The position numbers were made by a program, and so were the translations under genes. The notes beneath the pieces are model-generated. The model was not told the DNA's origin. It did no database searches and saw only the letters and a list, made by a program, of their open reading frames with translations. A stretch of 64,000 nucleotides of DNA from Haliotis rubra (Eukaryota): assembly GCF_003918875.1 (NCBI RefSeq), contig NW_025767309.1, forward strand, positions 62,001 through 126,000, read 5' to 3'. Below, piece after piece: positions 49,856 to 63,381 of this stretch (positions are counted from its first letter, which is position 1; each line of letters begins with the position of its first letter).

Positions 49856-50985
49856 CTGTAACAGAGGCATAAGATAGTATGATGTCATATATAATTCATG
49901 GTTTAGGTCATTATTTTTATGGGCAAATACTAAATACCTATCATTATGGTTTAATTTGTCAGCTGGCAGTTATCTGTGTCTTAAATATTGTCTTCAGTAA
50001 CCAATGATACTTAGATTTCTCATACTTACAATCAATAATGATATCCCAATTTCTTTAAAGTTTCTAATCAGATTTTCAGAATAGTTGCAGTTGCACCCAT
50101 CCTATTTATAAACATTAATGAAATTTGGTATGTGTATAGTCAGTTGTAGGATGAACATAATATGTTCATCCTATGTATGTGTATAGTCAGTTGTAGGATG
50201 ACCATATTATGGTCCATTATTTGTGATTATACATTTTAATCTTGATTGCATATTTGCACTTTAACCATACTGAAACTAGAAACTTCTTACTGACATTATT
50301 CTGACTTTCTTAAAATATTATGAAATTTTGCATACTAAGTAGTAGGGCTGAACACATATGGTCTGTTTTTCCCATTGTATTTCATTGTATTTCATTTCAT
50401 CCTTTGGCTCCTACAATTTATCAAAATGCATTTTCTTGCACAGTAAACATTGTCTTCTCTGAAACCAGTGGCCCACCAAAGTTAAAACTTCACATGATAG
50501 TTTCCACAAATGATGAAAGCTGTATTGTTCAAGAGGTTTCAATGCTATTTATGGCAATTTCTCAAATAATCAATCCAAATGCACTGTATAATCGAGAATG
50601 ACACCTCATGTAGCATTCACATGCAGTGATGCTTTATTATGAAAATTCAGTCCAAGAACTATGGATCTTGTTTCTCTTCTCTTGATTTTAATAAAGAAAC
50701 TTTTACTGTGCAGTAGAAATGTCAGGATAATCCATCATTCACGGGTACCACATCTCTCTGAACTCGTAGGAGTTAGTGAGTTCCACACCGCTTTAAGCAA
50801 TATTCAAGCAATATCAAAGCAGGGGAAACCAGAAATCGGCTTCACAGTGTGTGTAGGATATTAATTGTAGTGTATGCAAATAAGAACATCATTTTTATGA
50901 TTGTAGTAACTGAATTACTGCTGTGCAAAGATGGCTGACAAACCAAAGGTTAAGCGTCGGAAACAGAAACTGCTCAGTGGCAAAG

Positions 50986-53900
50986 ATGGAGAAGAGGAAG
51001 GACTCGTCAATCCCGGGAATTGTGAGTACTTTTGTCAAATCCTTGTTTTATCACTTGCAATGTCAAGTCACCAGTTTTGAAAGCATTTAAATGTTTTAGC
51101 TATATTGCAGTGAAGTGTGCACAAATAACCGTGATATAGACCGTCCGATGGCTTTGTAATATGTTTGTCAGTTTATGCCAACTGTTATCACATGGTTATA
51201 GTGTACACCTAGATATTGACACAAGTCACACTTAACTTGTATGTATGACATTTTAAGAATAGTAGTATTGTTGGGATGTAGAGGAAGGAATGATATGTCT
51301 CAGAAATAAAATACCAGGATGAACATAGTAAGTAAACAGTAAAAGAAACTGACTTTTTGAAATGTTTTAAGACCTTGTACTTATATAAAGCAGTGTAGAA
51401 TGGTGACCGATGATGATTTCTTGTTGCTGTAGGACTCCGACACAGAGGCAGCATACCAGGCCTTTTCCCAGACAGAGGGGGAATCTTCAGCTGCAGAACT
51501 CAGTGTATGTTATCAACATCATATCAGTTATTATTGTTACTTGTGAGTGGTGGGATGTGGGCTGTACAAAGCTAAGTAAGTCACAGATCAGGTGAAGTGT
51601 GTCATTGAGAGTACTGGTACTTTTGGTGACAGAGTTTGGCTGCTAGACTCCTGAGAGTTCCGAGGGCTTCATTTCATCCCCACACTGAGTCATATGTTAC
51701 ATGTTACTCCTTAGACAAGACTGTGTTAAAAATATGCCTCTGTTCACCCAGTAGTGAATGGGTGTCCAGTATGACAAGGGCAACAATAACATACAACCAT
51801 GAGTACTCACTAGAGGTGTGACGATACAGAAATTTCACGATACGATACGTATCGCGATATCTTGAGAACGATACGATTTGATGCATATCACGATATGCTT
51901 TCTTTAGTTATTTTCTTTAAAAAATCACATTTTAATAGCAAGAAATTTTGACATAACCGTCAATATCTAATGAAAATTAACAATGTTAAGGTCAACGATA
52001 CATATCACGATACGAAAAAACGTATCGATATATTTATCGTCAGATAAAGTATCACGATTATAGATACTACGATATATCGTCACAGCTCTAGTACTCACCC
52101 GAGTGGAATGTGACGTTTTATGAATGGACTTATCCAGTATTATTAAAGCCAGATTTGTGGTAATGTCACAATTGGATTTCACTTAATAGCCAAATATTTG
52201 ATGTATTAAAACAAATTTGGTTGCTGTTTGAGATGTCAGCACTATAAAAATGTTCTTGCAGTATGTCATGTCTTTATTTAGTACATCATGTCCTTATTCA
52301 GTAGGTCATGTCCTTATTCAGTAGGTCATGTCCTTATGCAGTAGGTCATATCCTTATTCAGTATGTCACGTCCTTATTCAGTATGTCACGTCCTTAATCA
52401 GTACATCATGTCCTTATTCAGTAGCTCACGTCCTTATTCAGTATGTCACATCCTTATTCAGTATGTCATGTCTTTATTCAGTACATCATGTCCTTATTCA
52501 GTAGGTCATGTCCTTATTCAGTAGGTCATGTCCTTATGCAGTAGGTCATATCCTTATTCAGTATGTCACGTCCTTATTCAGTATGTCACGTCCTTAATCA
52601 GTACATCATGTCCTTATTCAGTAGGTCACGTCCTTATTCAGTATGTCACATCCTTATTCAGTATGTCATGTCTTTATTCAGTACATCATGTCCTTATTCA
52701 GTATGTCACGTCCTTATTCAGTATGTCACGCCCTTATTCAGTAGGTCATGTCCTTATTCAGTAGGTCACATCCTTATTCAGTATGTCACATCCTTATTCA
52801 GTACATCATGTCCTTATTCAGTAGGTCACATCCTTATTCAGTATGTCATGTCTTTATTCAGTACATCATGTCCTTGTTCAGTAGGTCATGTCCTTATTCA
52901 GTATGTCACATCCTTATTCAGTATGTCACGCCCTTATTCAGTAGGTCATGTCCTTATTCAGTAGGTCACATCCTTATTCAGTATGTCACATCCTTATTCA
53001 GTACATCATGTCCTTATTCAGTAGGTCACATCCTTATTCAGTATGTCATGTCTTTATTCAGTACATCATGTCCTTATTCAGTAGGTCATGTCCTTATTCA
53101 GTATGTCACATCCTTATTCAGTATGTCACGCCCTTATTCAGTAGGTCATGTCCTTATTCAGTATGTCACGCCCTTATTCAGTAGGTCATGTCCTTATTCA
53201 GTATGTCACGTCCTTATTCAGTATGTCACATCCTTATTCAGTATGTCATGTCTTTATTCAGTACATCATGTCCTTATTCAGTAGGTCATGTCCTTATTCA
53301 GTTGGTCATGTCCTTATGCAGTAGGTCATATCATCATTCTTATTCAGTATGTCACGCCCTTATTCAATATGTCATGTCCTTAATCAGTACATCATGTCCT
53401 TATTCAGTAGCTCAATCATCCTTATTCAGTATCCTTATTCAGTCATGTCCTTATTCAGTATGTCATGTCTTTATTCAGTACATCATGTCCTTATTCAGTA
53501 GGTCATGTCCTTATTCAGTATGTCATGTCATCTTTATTCAGTATGTCATGTCCTTATTCAGTAGGTCACGTCCTTATTCAGTATGTCACATCCTTATTCA
53601 GTACATCATGTCCTTATTCAGTATGTCATGTCCTTTTATTCAGTATCATGTCACATCCTTATTCAGTCATGTCATTCAGTATGTCACATCCTTATTCAGT
53701 ATGTCACAGCCCTATTCAGTAGGTCATGTCCTTATTCAGTATGTCACATCCTTATTTAGTACATCATGTCCTTATTCAGTAGGTCACATCCTTATTCAGT
53801 ATGTCATGTCTTTATTCAGTACATCATGTCCTTATTCAGTAGGTCATGTCCTTATTCAGTATGTCACATCCTTATTCAGTATGTCACGCCTTATTCAGTA

Positions 53901-56900
53901 GGTCATGTCCTTATTCAGTAGGTCACATCCTTATTCAGTATGTCCTGTCCTTATTTAGTAGGTCACATCCTTATTCAGTATGTCACATCCTTATTCAGTA
54001 CATCATGTCCTTATTCAGTAGGTCACATCATTCAGTATGTCATGTCTTTATTCAGTACATCATGTCCTTATTCAGTATGTCACATCCTTATTCAGTATGT
54101 CATGCCCTTATTCAGTAGGTCATGTCCTTATTCAGTAGGTCACATCCTTATTCAGTATGTCACATCCTTATTTAGTACATCATGTCCTTATTCAGTAGGT
54201 CACATCCTTATTCAGTATGTCATGTCTTTATTCAGTACATCATGTCCTTATTCAGTAGGTCATGTCCTTATTCAGTATGTCACATCCTTATTCAGTATGT
54301 CACGCCCTTATTCAGTAGGTCATGTCCTTATTCAGTAGGTCACATCCTTATTCAGTATGTCCTGTCCTTATTTAGTAGGTCATGTCCTTATTCAGTATGT
54401 CATGTCCTTATTCAGTACATCATGTCCTTATTCAGTATGTCATGTTCTGATTCAGTATGTCACGTCTTTATTCAGTATGTCATGTCCTTATTCAGTATGT
54501 CATGCCCTTATTCAGTACGTCATGCCCTTATTCAGTAGGTCATGTCCGTATTCAGTATGTCATGTTCTGATTCAGTATGTCACGTCTTTATTCAGTATGT
54601 CATGTCCTTATTCAGTATGTCATGTCTTTATTCAGTATGTCATGTCCTTATTCAGTATGTCACGTCTTTATTTAGTATGTCATGTCTTTGTTCAGTGCAT
54701 CGTGTCTTTATTCAGTATGCCTAGTGTCCTTATTCAGTATGTCATGTCCTTATTCAGTACATCATGTCCTTATTCATTATGTCTAGTGTCCTTATTCAGT
54801 AGGTCGTGTCCAGTGTTCGTAATGACACCAGAAAGGCAGGGTGTCCTTGTCATTACTCCAGTGTCAGAAGTATAAGATTTAGGGGAGTTTCAAGATTCAA
54901 ATACTGCAGAGAACACTTCAAGTTCTGATTCCACCTTCTCACTAGGTCTTCTTTCAATTTTAAATGTGATGATTTGTTACTTTCAAAATTAGGTATGTTC
55001 AGAGACTAAGCGTTAGTCTAGCCAGTTGAAAGTAGCCGAACCCGTGATGTTCGGTGTGTACATATGATATTGACTGAAGTGTACTGTTGGACTGTAGGCC
55101 AGAGAGGAAGTGGAGCAGGCCCACTCCCTGGTGAAGGATGTGAAGACCAGGCACAAGCGGCGGCAGAAAGAGGTAACATCACAAGATTCTTATAAACAAG
55201 AGTATTATGTCCCTTGATTTAACAGAATTTGAGGTAACATTTTACCTCCTCTTGAAATCTTAAAAGTTTTAATTCATTACCGATAGCTGAATTGTCTGAA
55301 ACTGCTGAAGAATGCCACCTGCATGAGAATTATACATTTGGATGAATATCAGAACATTTATAGAATTAAACATGTGGAAGCATTCATAGTGTGTATGTTT
55401 TACACTGTGTTAATGATTGTGTTTTATTAGGGGTAATCCAGGGCACCATTCGTCAAACCTACATCAGCACTGCCACTTGTATCCCATTTTTAAAGCTTAC
55501 TGTATATTACCGTCTATAAGCCGATCCCATAGATAAGCCGACCCCCAAACTTGACCCTTAAATCAGTGTCAAAATGTTATGTTTCGTACATAAGCCGATC
55601 CCCCCACGGTGGGGTCCTAATCGCAGCAAACACAGACCACAGACAACTGGCAGTTACCAATGATTATAACTTTGGTCCACATTATTAAAAAAGTTCACAA
55701 TCATATTGCGTCTACTCACACATCGAAATGAAGTGTAGTTGACATGTGATCGTCCAGCTACAATATGTATGATATTTAGCTAAACAAAATGTAATTTTTC
55801 AAGTAAAATTGATATTTTATACTTATCCTGACTCATGATCTTTTGCTTATCTCCCTTTCCCTTGCTAATGGTAGTGGAACACTTGAATCCCTTGAAGTTC
55901 CCGAAGCAGACGTAAAAATACACTCCCCCACGAGTTACCTCCCTCTTCCCGCGTAAACAGTCATATGACCAGCCTTACTTGTCACTCTCTCCCTTTTCGC
56001 CCAAGTGGATGGTTGGGCGAGCACTGGAGTCCCGTATACGGCATTATATCCTTTTTATTTAGGTCCTATTCTTCAAAATTACGCTGTGTATGGATTTGGC
56101 AATAACTACTATGTATTATATGTAAAAAATTTGTAAAAATTATTTGTATTTGTTGCTTAATTTCATCATTATGTAACTTTGTTTACATTTCATGAAATCT
56201 TGCAGTGTTTGCAGGCATAGGTTATCTGTGGCTGATTCTCACCCCCAATGCCCTTCGTGCATAAAACCATGTTCTTCCAGCTTGCGCTGTACTTATTGTG
56301 TTGATGGCCATGATGGAACGTAGGTTCGAGGAAGAAGCTAAGGCTCGGCGAAGGCTTGGCGAAGCCTCTCATCTACTGACATCGTGCGCAAACCTACGAA
56401 CCCATGGACCTGCGCAAACCTACTCCTCATAGAACTATGTCTCAAGACTACATTGGCGAACGTACACCTTTGCGAAGGTCTCCACAGTCTGACGACTTTG
56501 TCATCTTGGAGGAGGATAGAAGACATGAGATACCTACTCACCGTTCTACATCTGCAAACCCTCAACGTTCGAGAACATCGAAGGATCCATCTCCTACACC
56601 TAGCCATTCTAGATCGAGATCTCATATCTCTCACAGACGTTCGCGAAGTCACTCATCACAAGACAGAGGTTCGCAGAGAGAAGGCTCACATCACAGAGGT
56701 TCGCGAATGGGATACATCTAGCGACTGAGGTTCACGAAGAGTAGGCTCACGTCACAGAGGTTCACGAAGAGATGAATCCACAGACAGGTTCGCGAAGAGA
56801 GGACTCTCAAGATAGACGTTCGCGAAAGAAGGAATCTTTAGTTCGTGAAAGGATGATGGAGGTTCGAGAAGGGATACAGTTTCGCAGAAGGATGAATCGC

Positions 56901-59900
56901 GGAGGCATAGCACTATCGATCAGGAAGAATAAACAGACTTCGTCTTCCCGGACTCAGAGGTTACAGCTTGGATAGCCTATGGTTTGAACTTGCAGTCTCC
57001 TTCTAAGGATAGATGAAGTCTACACTTATAAGATGCGTTATGACAACTTTGACTCGGTGACTATTCCTCCGATTGAACCTATATCCAAGGTACATTCTAA
57101 CCTACGCTACAGCTTTGAGAAAGCTGCAGATATCTACAAGGTTCGAGAACTCTCAGATCTACAGGCAGATAACAGCAACGCAGATATCTACAGGGTTCGC
57201 GAACCCTAGGGTTAACAAACCCTTACATCAACAGGCAGGATGTTGATGTCGACTCTATTACCATACGGCTGAATAAAACGAAGCAATGATGAAAACTGAT
57301 GGTTTTGTCAGAGTTTAAAACTCAACAAAAAGATCTACAACATGTGCGATCTCTACAGTTTACAGCCTGCACAACTCTACAACCTGCACAAACCTTATAC
57401 CTGTATGGGTTCAGTTTCGGACGACAACCTACTTGATGAAAGGAATCACTTCATCTATACAGATGCTGAGGTCTTATACCGGGTAGCAGATGGCCTGCGA
57501 ATATTGTCGTTCACTCACTCACTCACTCCAACCCAACAGAGACGTACTGCATATACGCTGATGACTTCGACTCCAATATGATATCACCCATGAAGCCGAT
57601 ATCTCAAGTACTGGAGAACCTCAAGGCGACCTTTGTAAAGGGCTTAAGGTTAACAACGCCTTCAAGAAGCCTTGAACGGACGTACTGACTGACTTACTGA
57701 CTGAGTTTGGTTTTACGCCGCTTTTAGCAATATTCCAGCAACATCACGGCGGGGGACACCAGATATTATTAACACTAGTCACTCAGCGTGGGGATTCTCG
57801 TCACTCAGCGTGGGGATTCTCGTCACTCAGCGTGGGGATTCTCGTCACTCAGCGTGGGGATTCTCGTCACTCAGCGTGGGGATTCTCGTCACTCAGCGTG
57901 GGGATTCTCATCACTCAGGGTGGGGATTAGGATTTTATATCCTATCAACTAGATTCAACATCAGTATTTCTTCAAGATCCATACAGACATACATCTCGAC
58001 AGCCTCCTTCGTCATGCTGGCTTATAGTATCCACAATGGGAATACGTGATTTATATCACTGAACAAGATTTTACACTTGGAGCAACCCTTATTCAAGAGG
58101 TTTTATATGAGCGGCGTAGAATTACGCACGCTTTTAATCAACCACTAATTGCATCAGATTTTATGGAGGCCAACTTGCTACAACACCGGTGACGTCATGC
58201 TTGGAAGCTGATTGGTCCACGTCAGACAACGCCTCCCACTGACAGAGCAGGTTCCAGCATGTTTTTCTGATTTGTAAACAAACCCGTGGTACGGGGGAAT
58301 ACTTCATCGGCAGCCTTGGAAACAGTATACAACTACGGCCTGTTATCATCATGGGAATCTAATAGATGTCTAGCCTTGACAGCAGGATAAACGATGTTTA
58401 TTTTGGAAGTTGTCGCTGATAAAAGTCGTTATGAGTACCTGTCCCCTGCGATGTTACACTGGAGCCAGCCTTGCTATAAATAGACAATGCTTCGATGTAT
58501 GCTGCTCAACACAGATCGCCTGCGTATATAAGGGGAAGAATGATGTATCATCACTGCAATCAGAGGTTAGCACTTCCAATGGAACGTCCTACCGTTTGGA
58601 ATATCATCAGCTCTATGATTATTCATACAAATAACCAAGCCTATCGGCACCTATCTGCAGAATCGAGGTCTACGCTGTGTCGGTTATATGGACGACGGCA
58701 TATAGGTTCTTCAAAGTGCCAATCAACTCAGACAGCAGCTGAACTTCACAATTAAGTTGCTCATGCAACTAGGATGGCTAGTGAACCTGATAAAGTTGGA
58801 GTTAGAATCAAACAAGATCTTCAATTGCTGGGAATAAGAATTATCACAACACAGAATCAAATTGTGGTCCCAGAAGATCATTGGGTCAAGATACAAGCCA
58901 TGATTCCACAAGCAGTCATCTCTCCGTTAACACTACGAACATGGCAATGTCTACTTGGTCTACTAACCGCGGCGCAGGACTTGACTCGCACAGGAAGGTT
59001 ACAACTAAGGCCGCTGCAACGGTTCCTGACAAAACATCTGGACAGCGTCGACCCTATCTTGCTGCCAGACAATCTTAAGAGGTACCTACTTTGGTGGACC
59101 CACAGGTCGAACGTCTGTGGAGGGACCTATTTACAAGAGCCGGCCTTCGACACACATCTCTACGTAGACGCATCGACACAAGATTGGGGTGCACATCTCA
59201 ACAATCAAGTTTCATCAAGGAAGTGGTCCAAAACAGAGCAGCATCTTCACATCAATCTGCTGGAGAGGAAAGCTGTGATCAACGCCTTACAACTATGGTC
59301 GAGCTCGCTGATCAACAGAATGCTGATGGTCCACACGGACAACTCTACAGTGGCATTCTCCATAAATCAGCAAGGATCTACAAGATCACCAAGCCTACTA
59401 CAGCTCACATTCCAGTTGTTTGACATCACGGAGGAGGCAAACATCTGGATAAAGGCGTGTCACATACCCGGAGCCAAGAACATACTTGCAGACGCCTTTC
59501 CCAACCACTGCACCCGTCACCTACGGAATGGATGCTCCATCCAGAAGCGTTCCGGCTCATCATAAGGGAAATAGGATCCCCTTACATAGACCTGTTTGCC
59601 ACGAGGTTCAACAAGCAACTACAGACGTTTGTCTCACCAGTTCCAGATCCTCAAGCCTGGACAACAGATGCACTGAACATATCATGGGAAGGACTAAATG
59701 CTTATGCGTTTCCACCACTGATATTACTACCGAAAGCACTGTTGAAGATCAAACAGACACAGGCGCTACAACTGACCTTGGTCGTGCCATACTGGCCAGC
59801 GAGAGTATGGTTCCTAGACCTAATAGAAGATCTCAGAAGTCCAACAATCAAGTTACCAGATTGGCCGAACCTCCTCGTAACATCCGCACACCAAGCAAGT

Positions 59901-62900
59901 CCACGGGAACCCAACACTGTTCCAGCTACACGTGTGGACCGTATCAAAACATGTTTGAAGAAAGGAGGATACTCTGACAGGGCAGCAAAGGCAGTAACGC
60001 TAGCGTTACGCAGATCTACTCGTAACCTGTATGATGACAAGTGGCTGAAGTTTGAGACTTATGCAAGGCGGAGAGGCTTCATTGCTATGAAAGCTACTCA
60101 TCCTAAAGTGGCGGAATACCTGTGTCATCTTAGACAGACCAGACATCTGAAAGGTTCGACATTATCTACATACCTCGCTGCCATCAGTACAGTGATTACC
60201 ATGAAAACAGGCATCAAGTTGACGAAAGTAGCAGAATTACTTGCTCTGCTGAGATCTTTTAAACTGGAGGACCAGCAAAAGAAGTTCAGAGCTCCTGCCT
60301 GGGATCTGAATGTAATTCTACGTCATCTTACAAGTGATGCCTACGAACCTCTTGACCAGACTACACTCGAGCTGCTGACACAGAAGACTCTGTTCCTGCT
60401 TGCACTAGCCACGCCAGCTCGAATATCAGAGATACATGCGCTGGACTTTGGTCGAACCAGATTCAACATGGGGCAACATGCTGCAGTTCATCTAGCACTT
60501 AGATGGGACTTCATTGCCAAGAACCAACTACCTGGTCAGCCAGATAGACAGTTCCATGTACCAGCGCTGTCTACAATCCTCGGACCAGAGGATATAGAGG
60601 ACCTATCATTGTGTCCAGTCAGAGCCCTGAAGATATGTCTTCAAAAAGACTGAGACAAGGAGACGAAAATTCAAGCGCCTGTTCATCCCATTATCAACAG
60701 AGACTTCAGCAGACCATATCGTTCTGGATGAGAGCCGTTATATTGAGAGCCTATAAAGCAGCAGGACTAGAACCTCCTAGAGCTTCCAACCTACACGAAG
60801 TCAGAGCACTTGAGTCAACACTGGCTCTGCACGGAAATTGCTCTATACCAACAATTATGGAGGGTTGCTTTTGGAAGTCGGACACAGTGTTTGCCAACCG
60901 CTACCTCCGAGACATAGCCACTGAAGACGTCTCAGGCATTCACCAATTTGGGCCTCTCGTTGTAGCACAGCAACTAACGGTTCCTCAAAGGCGCTGAGTT
61001 GGAAAATCTCACCCTTTATCACGTTGACTTGTTGAGAACTTTTACTAAAAGGAAAAGTACTAGTTTGAAAGTCCATGCGCACAGTCTAAGACAGGCTAGC
61101 ATGAGTGATTAAAGATCCTGTACGGGTAAAGATCTTACCTGTACGTGAAGGGGTCGCAACTCATTTATGATAAAGATCTTATCATAATCTATGGGTTGTT
61201 ATGAGATATCTAGTAATAGGAAGATACTAATTTATCTGTAGCCACACGAATCAACATGATTCAACTTATCTGAGATTGAAGTAAGACAAGAATGTGGTCC
61301 CCCCGAGTTATAACGGAAGTTGGAAGAATAGGATCACGGAAATGCCGTTTCGCAGTTCCCATGGGGGGGATACAGGATGTATCAAAGGACAGCTGTTGAA
61401 TCCACAAAGTCACCACCAATCTGTGACAGCTCAGGATAAGTTATTTTTATACTTATCCTGACTCATGACGCAATCCTCAACCTCCCCTGTTGAAGACACT
61501 TGAGATTTCAGCAGATCCAAGTGCATGGGCAGAAATTCAGGAGAGAGTGACAACCACTGTTTTGTGCAGGAAAGGGAAAAGGAGGTAACTCGAGTGTATT
61601 TATACATCCGCAACTTCAAGGGATTCATCCATAAAAGGAAAGGGAGATAAGCAAAAGATCATAAGTAGGATAAGTATAAAAATATCAATTTTACTTTAAA
61701 AATTAATTTTTTACTTGAAAAATTACATTTTGTTTCGCTAAATATCATGCTTATTGTAGCTGGACAATCACATGTCAACAAACTGGCTTGCTTGTTTTAC
61801 CCCATTCAACAATCACAAACTGATTACCGCCTCGTTTTCCATGGACTGCTAGTTTACAGCAACATCTGGTAAAAACATTTCTTTGGGTTAAATAATAGTA
61901 TTCTGTATTATATTTTACTGATGACTGCGTCAGAATTCATCCCGTTACATTATTGTGCATGTTTGAACTTGATCGCCGGGAAACGTGTGGACAGCTGATT
62001 GCTATTTCCGGCTCCAATACACACGGTAATCTTAATCCCTGCAAATAATACAATGCCCAGCAAAAAACTTGGAACTTAAAAGGTAAATAATCTTTCTAGT
62101 GATGTTTAATTGCAAATTTGATGTCTTTACTGACAAAGGCATCTTCTGTTGTTTGTTCACGCGAAGAGTTACCATTTTGTTTTCTTCCCCCTGGAAAAAA
62201 GTTTGACAAAAGCATAACCCACAGATAAGACGACCCCCTTCTACAGACTGCTTTTTTGGTCCTCAAAATTCGGCTTATATTAGAGGTAAGATCACTTTTT
62301 GGAACAGGATCCTAGAGCACCACTTATGAAAAAAAACTCCTGAACTTGAAAGAATATGATAGATGTCAGCATTCCCACATATACCAGGTTAATGCATTTT
62401 CATAGTTCCTGATTTGATTCATATCAAGTGTTGTTAAAAAATTCAAGCTGTCCCAACTCGTGACGCCTAAAGACGATGTGAGTGGGGAGCTGAAGACGAT
62501 GAAGATGAAGAGTCGAAAGAAGATTGAGGAGGAGACAGCCAGGGAGGAAGAGCTCGCTGCAGCCATTGCCGCTGCTGAGGCAGAGGAGTCGGCACGGGAG
62601 GCGGAGGTGAGCCAGCCGTTGGAGACGGAAGATGGAACAATCCCCATGCCTGCAGAAGAGGAAGTGACAGAGACCATCAAGCCAGAGGAAGAGACTATAC
62701 CTACAGGGGAAGGTGTGTGTGCAGCGTTTGAAATAATCACCAGCCCAGCGCAGTTTCAAATATTTGCAGGCCCTTTCAACTGGAAACTTTCCCATAATTG
62801 TTTTCTTTATTAACGTTTAGGAATCATCCATGCTCCATCATGTTACAATAACTAACTGTTTCACTTCCTGGTATATCAGCGCTTTGCGCACAGGAATGTC

Positions 62901-63381
62901 AGCACCAGTCTTTAACAAATAAAAACTGAAGTATTGCAAACACTGTGGGTGTGCTCACTTGACTGACTGCTGGTGTAGTCAGTTTAGTAGGGATAGGTGT
63001 GATAGGGAAGGAGTTTGAAGATTAGACCATACATGCTGATGGGTGTGGAGACTTGACTTATTCCTGTTTACTTTAATACTGTTTCAGTTTAAGAATATTG
63101 CCTCATTTTTTCAGAATTTTGTTACCTCTCCAAATGATTCGTTGTGTGTAAAAATGTGCACAAATAGTCACAATTTGATGGAAAACTTCACCATCATGAA
63201 GTGCTAGCATGTTTGTTTTGTTGTGACAGTCTCCATCCCTGACACCACAGTGGAGACAGCGCCACCTGACACAGGTGACATCCCCAAGGCTACAGAGACC
63301 ACAGAATCTACAGAGACAACAAAAACCCCACGGGGATCATCTCTCCGTGCCAAGATGAAGAAACGGCTTGAGAAAGCAAGG
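50986..63381 (+). CDS. 5' exons of a spliced gene encoding a charged/acidic N-terminal region, possibly CC2D2A-like; continues beyond the window
   Basis: Phase-consistent GT-AG exons 50986-51021, 51433-51504 (DSDTEAAYQAF...), 55098-55172 (AREEVEQAHSLVKDVKTRHKRRQKE), 62448-62712 (LSQLVTPKDD...EEETIPTGE), 63230-63381 (VSIPDT...SSLRAKMKKRLEKAR). The last motif resembles CC2D2A SMRGRMREKLQAAR from memory; identity is tentative and the start codon uncertain. Confidence 0.65.
51811..52090. mobile_element. hAT-like MITE
   Basis: TIRs TAGAGGTGTGACGATA / TATCGTCACAGCTCTA, subterminal CGATA repeats, perfect 8-bp TSD GTACTCAC. Confidence 0.9.
52257..54805. repeat. 20-bp minisatellite (~125 copies) with higher-order variant pattern
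   Basis: Unit TCCTTATTCAGTA(T/G)GTCA(TG/CA/CG), with recurrent variants such as TCTTTATTCAGTACATCATG. Confidence 0.97.
57684..57927. repeat. SINE A 3' fragment followed by a 22-bp tandem repeat (~6.5 copies) inside DIRS copy 2
   Basis: 57684-57763 is the reverse-complemented SINE A tail; 57778-57927 is (GTCACTCAGCGTGGGGATTCTC)n. Confidence 0.85.
58576..59977 (+). pseudogene. DIRS copy 2 RT C-term / RNase H / MT remnant
   Basis: [12 protein letters not shown] at 58577, YVDAS, HINLLE, TDNSTV, HIPGAKNILAD, DLFATRFN, YAFPP; frameshifted. Confidence 0.88.
59880..60997 (+). pseudogene. DIRS copy 2 tyrosine recombinase remnant
   Basis: [52 protein letters not shown]; frameshifts near 60640-60710. 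Confidence 0.9.

Larger units (their letters stand above)
55738..61779 (+). mobile_element. Second DIRS1-type retrotransposon (decayed) with extended inverted ends
   Basis: ITRs ending GTCACTCTCTCC (55992) and starting GGAGAGAGTGAC (61540); truncated ICR 61431-61468; RT C-term, RNase H, MT and YR remnants homologous to copy 1. Confidence 0.93.
55500..62292. mobile_element. Tc2/pogo-like non-autonomous DNA element split by the DIRS insertion
   Basis: Left end TA|CTGTATATTACCGTCTATAAGCCGA with ATAAGCCGAYCCC subterminal repeats. Right part has ATAAGACGACCCC and a degenerate TIR TCGGCTTATATTAGAGGTAAG (62270-62290). Confidence 0.6.

Noticed and set aside
52528-54875. Many overlapping Cys/Ser-rich ORFs
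   Set aside because: Artefacts of the 20-bp minisatellite inside an intron.
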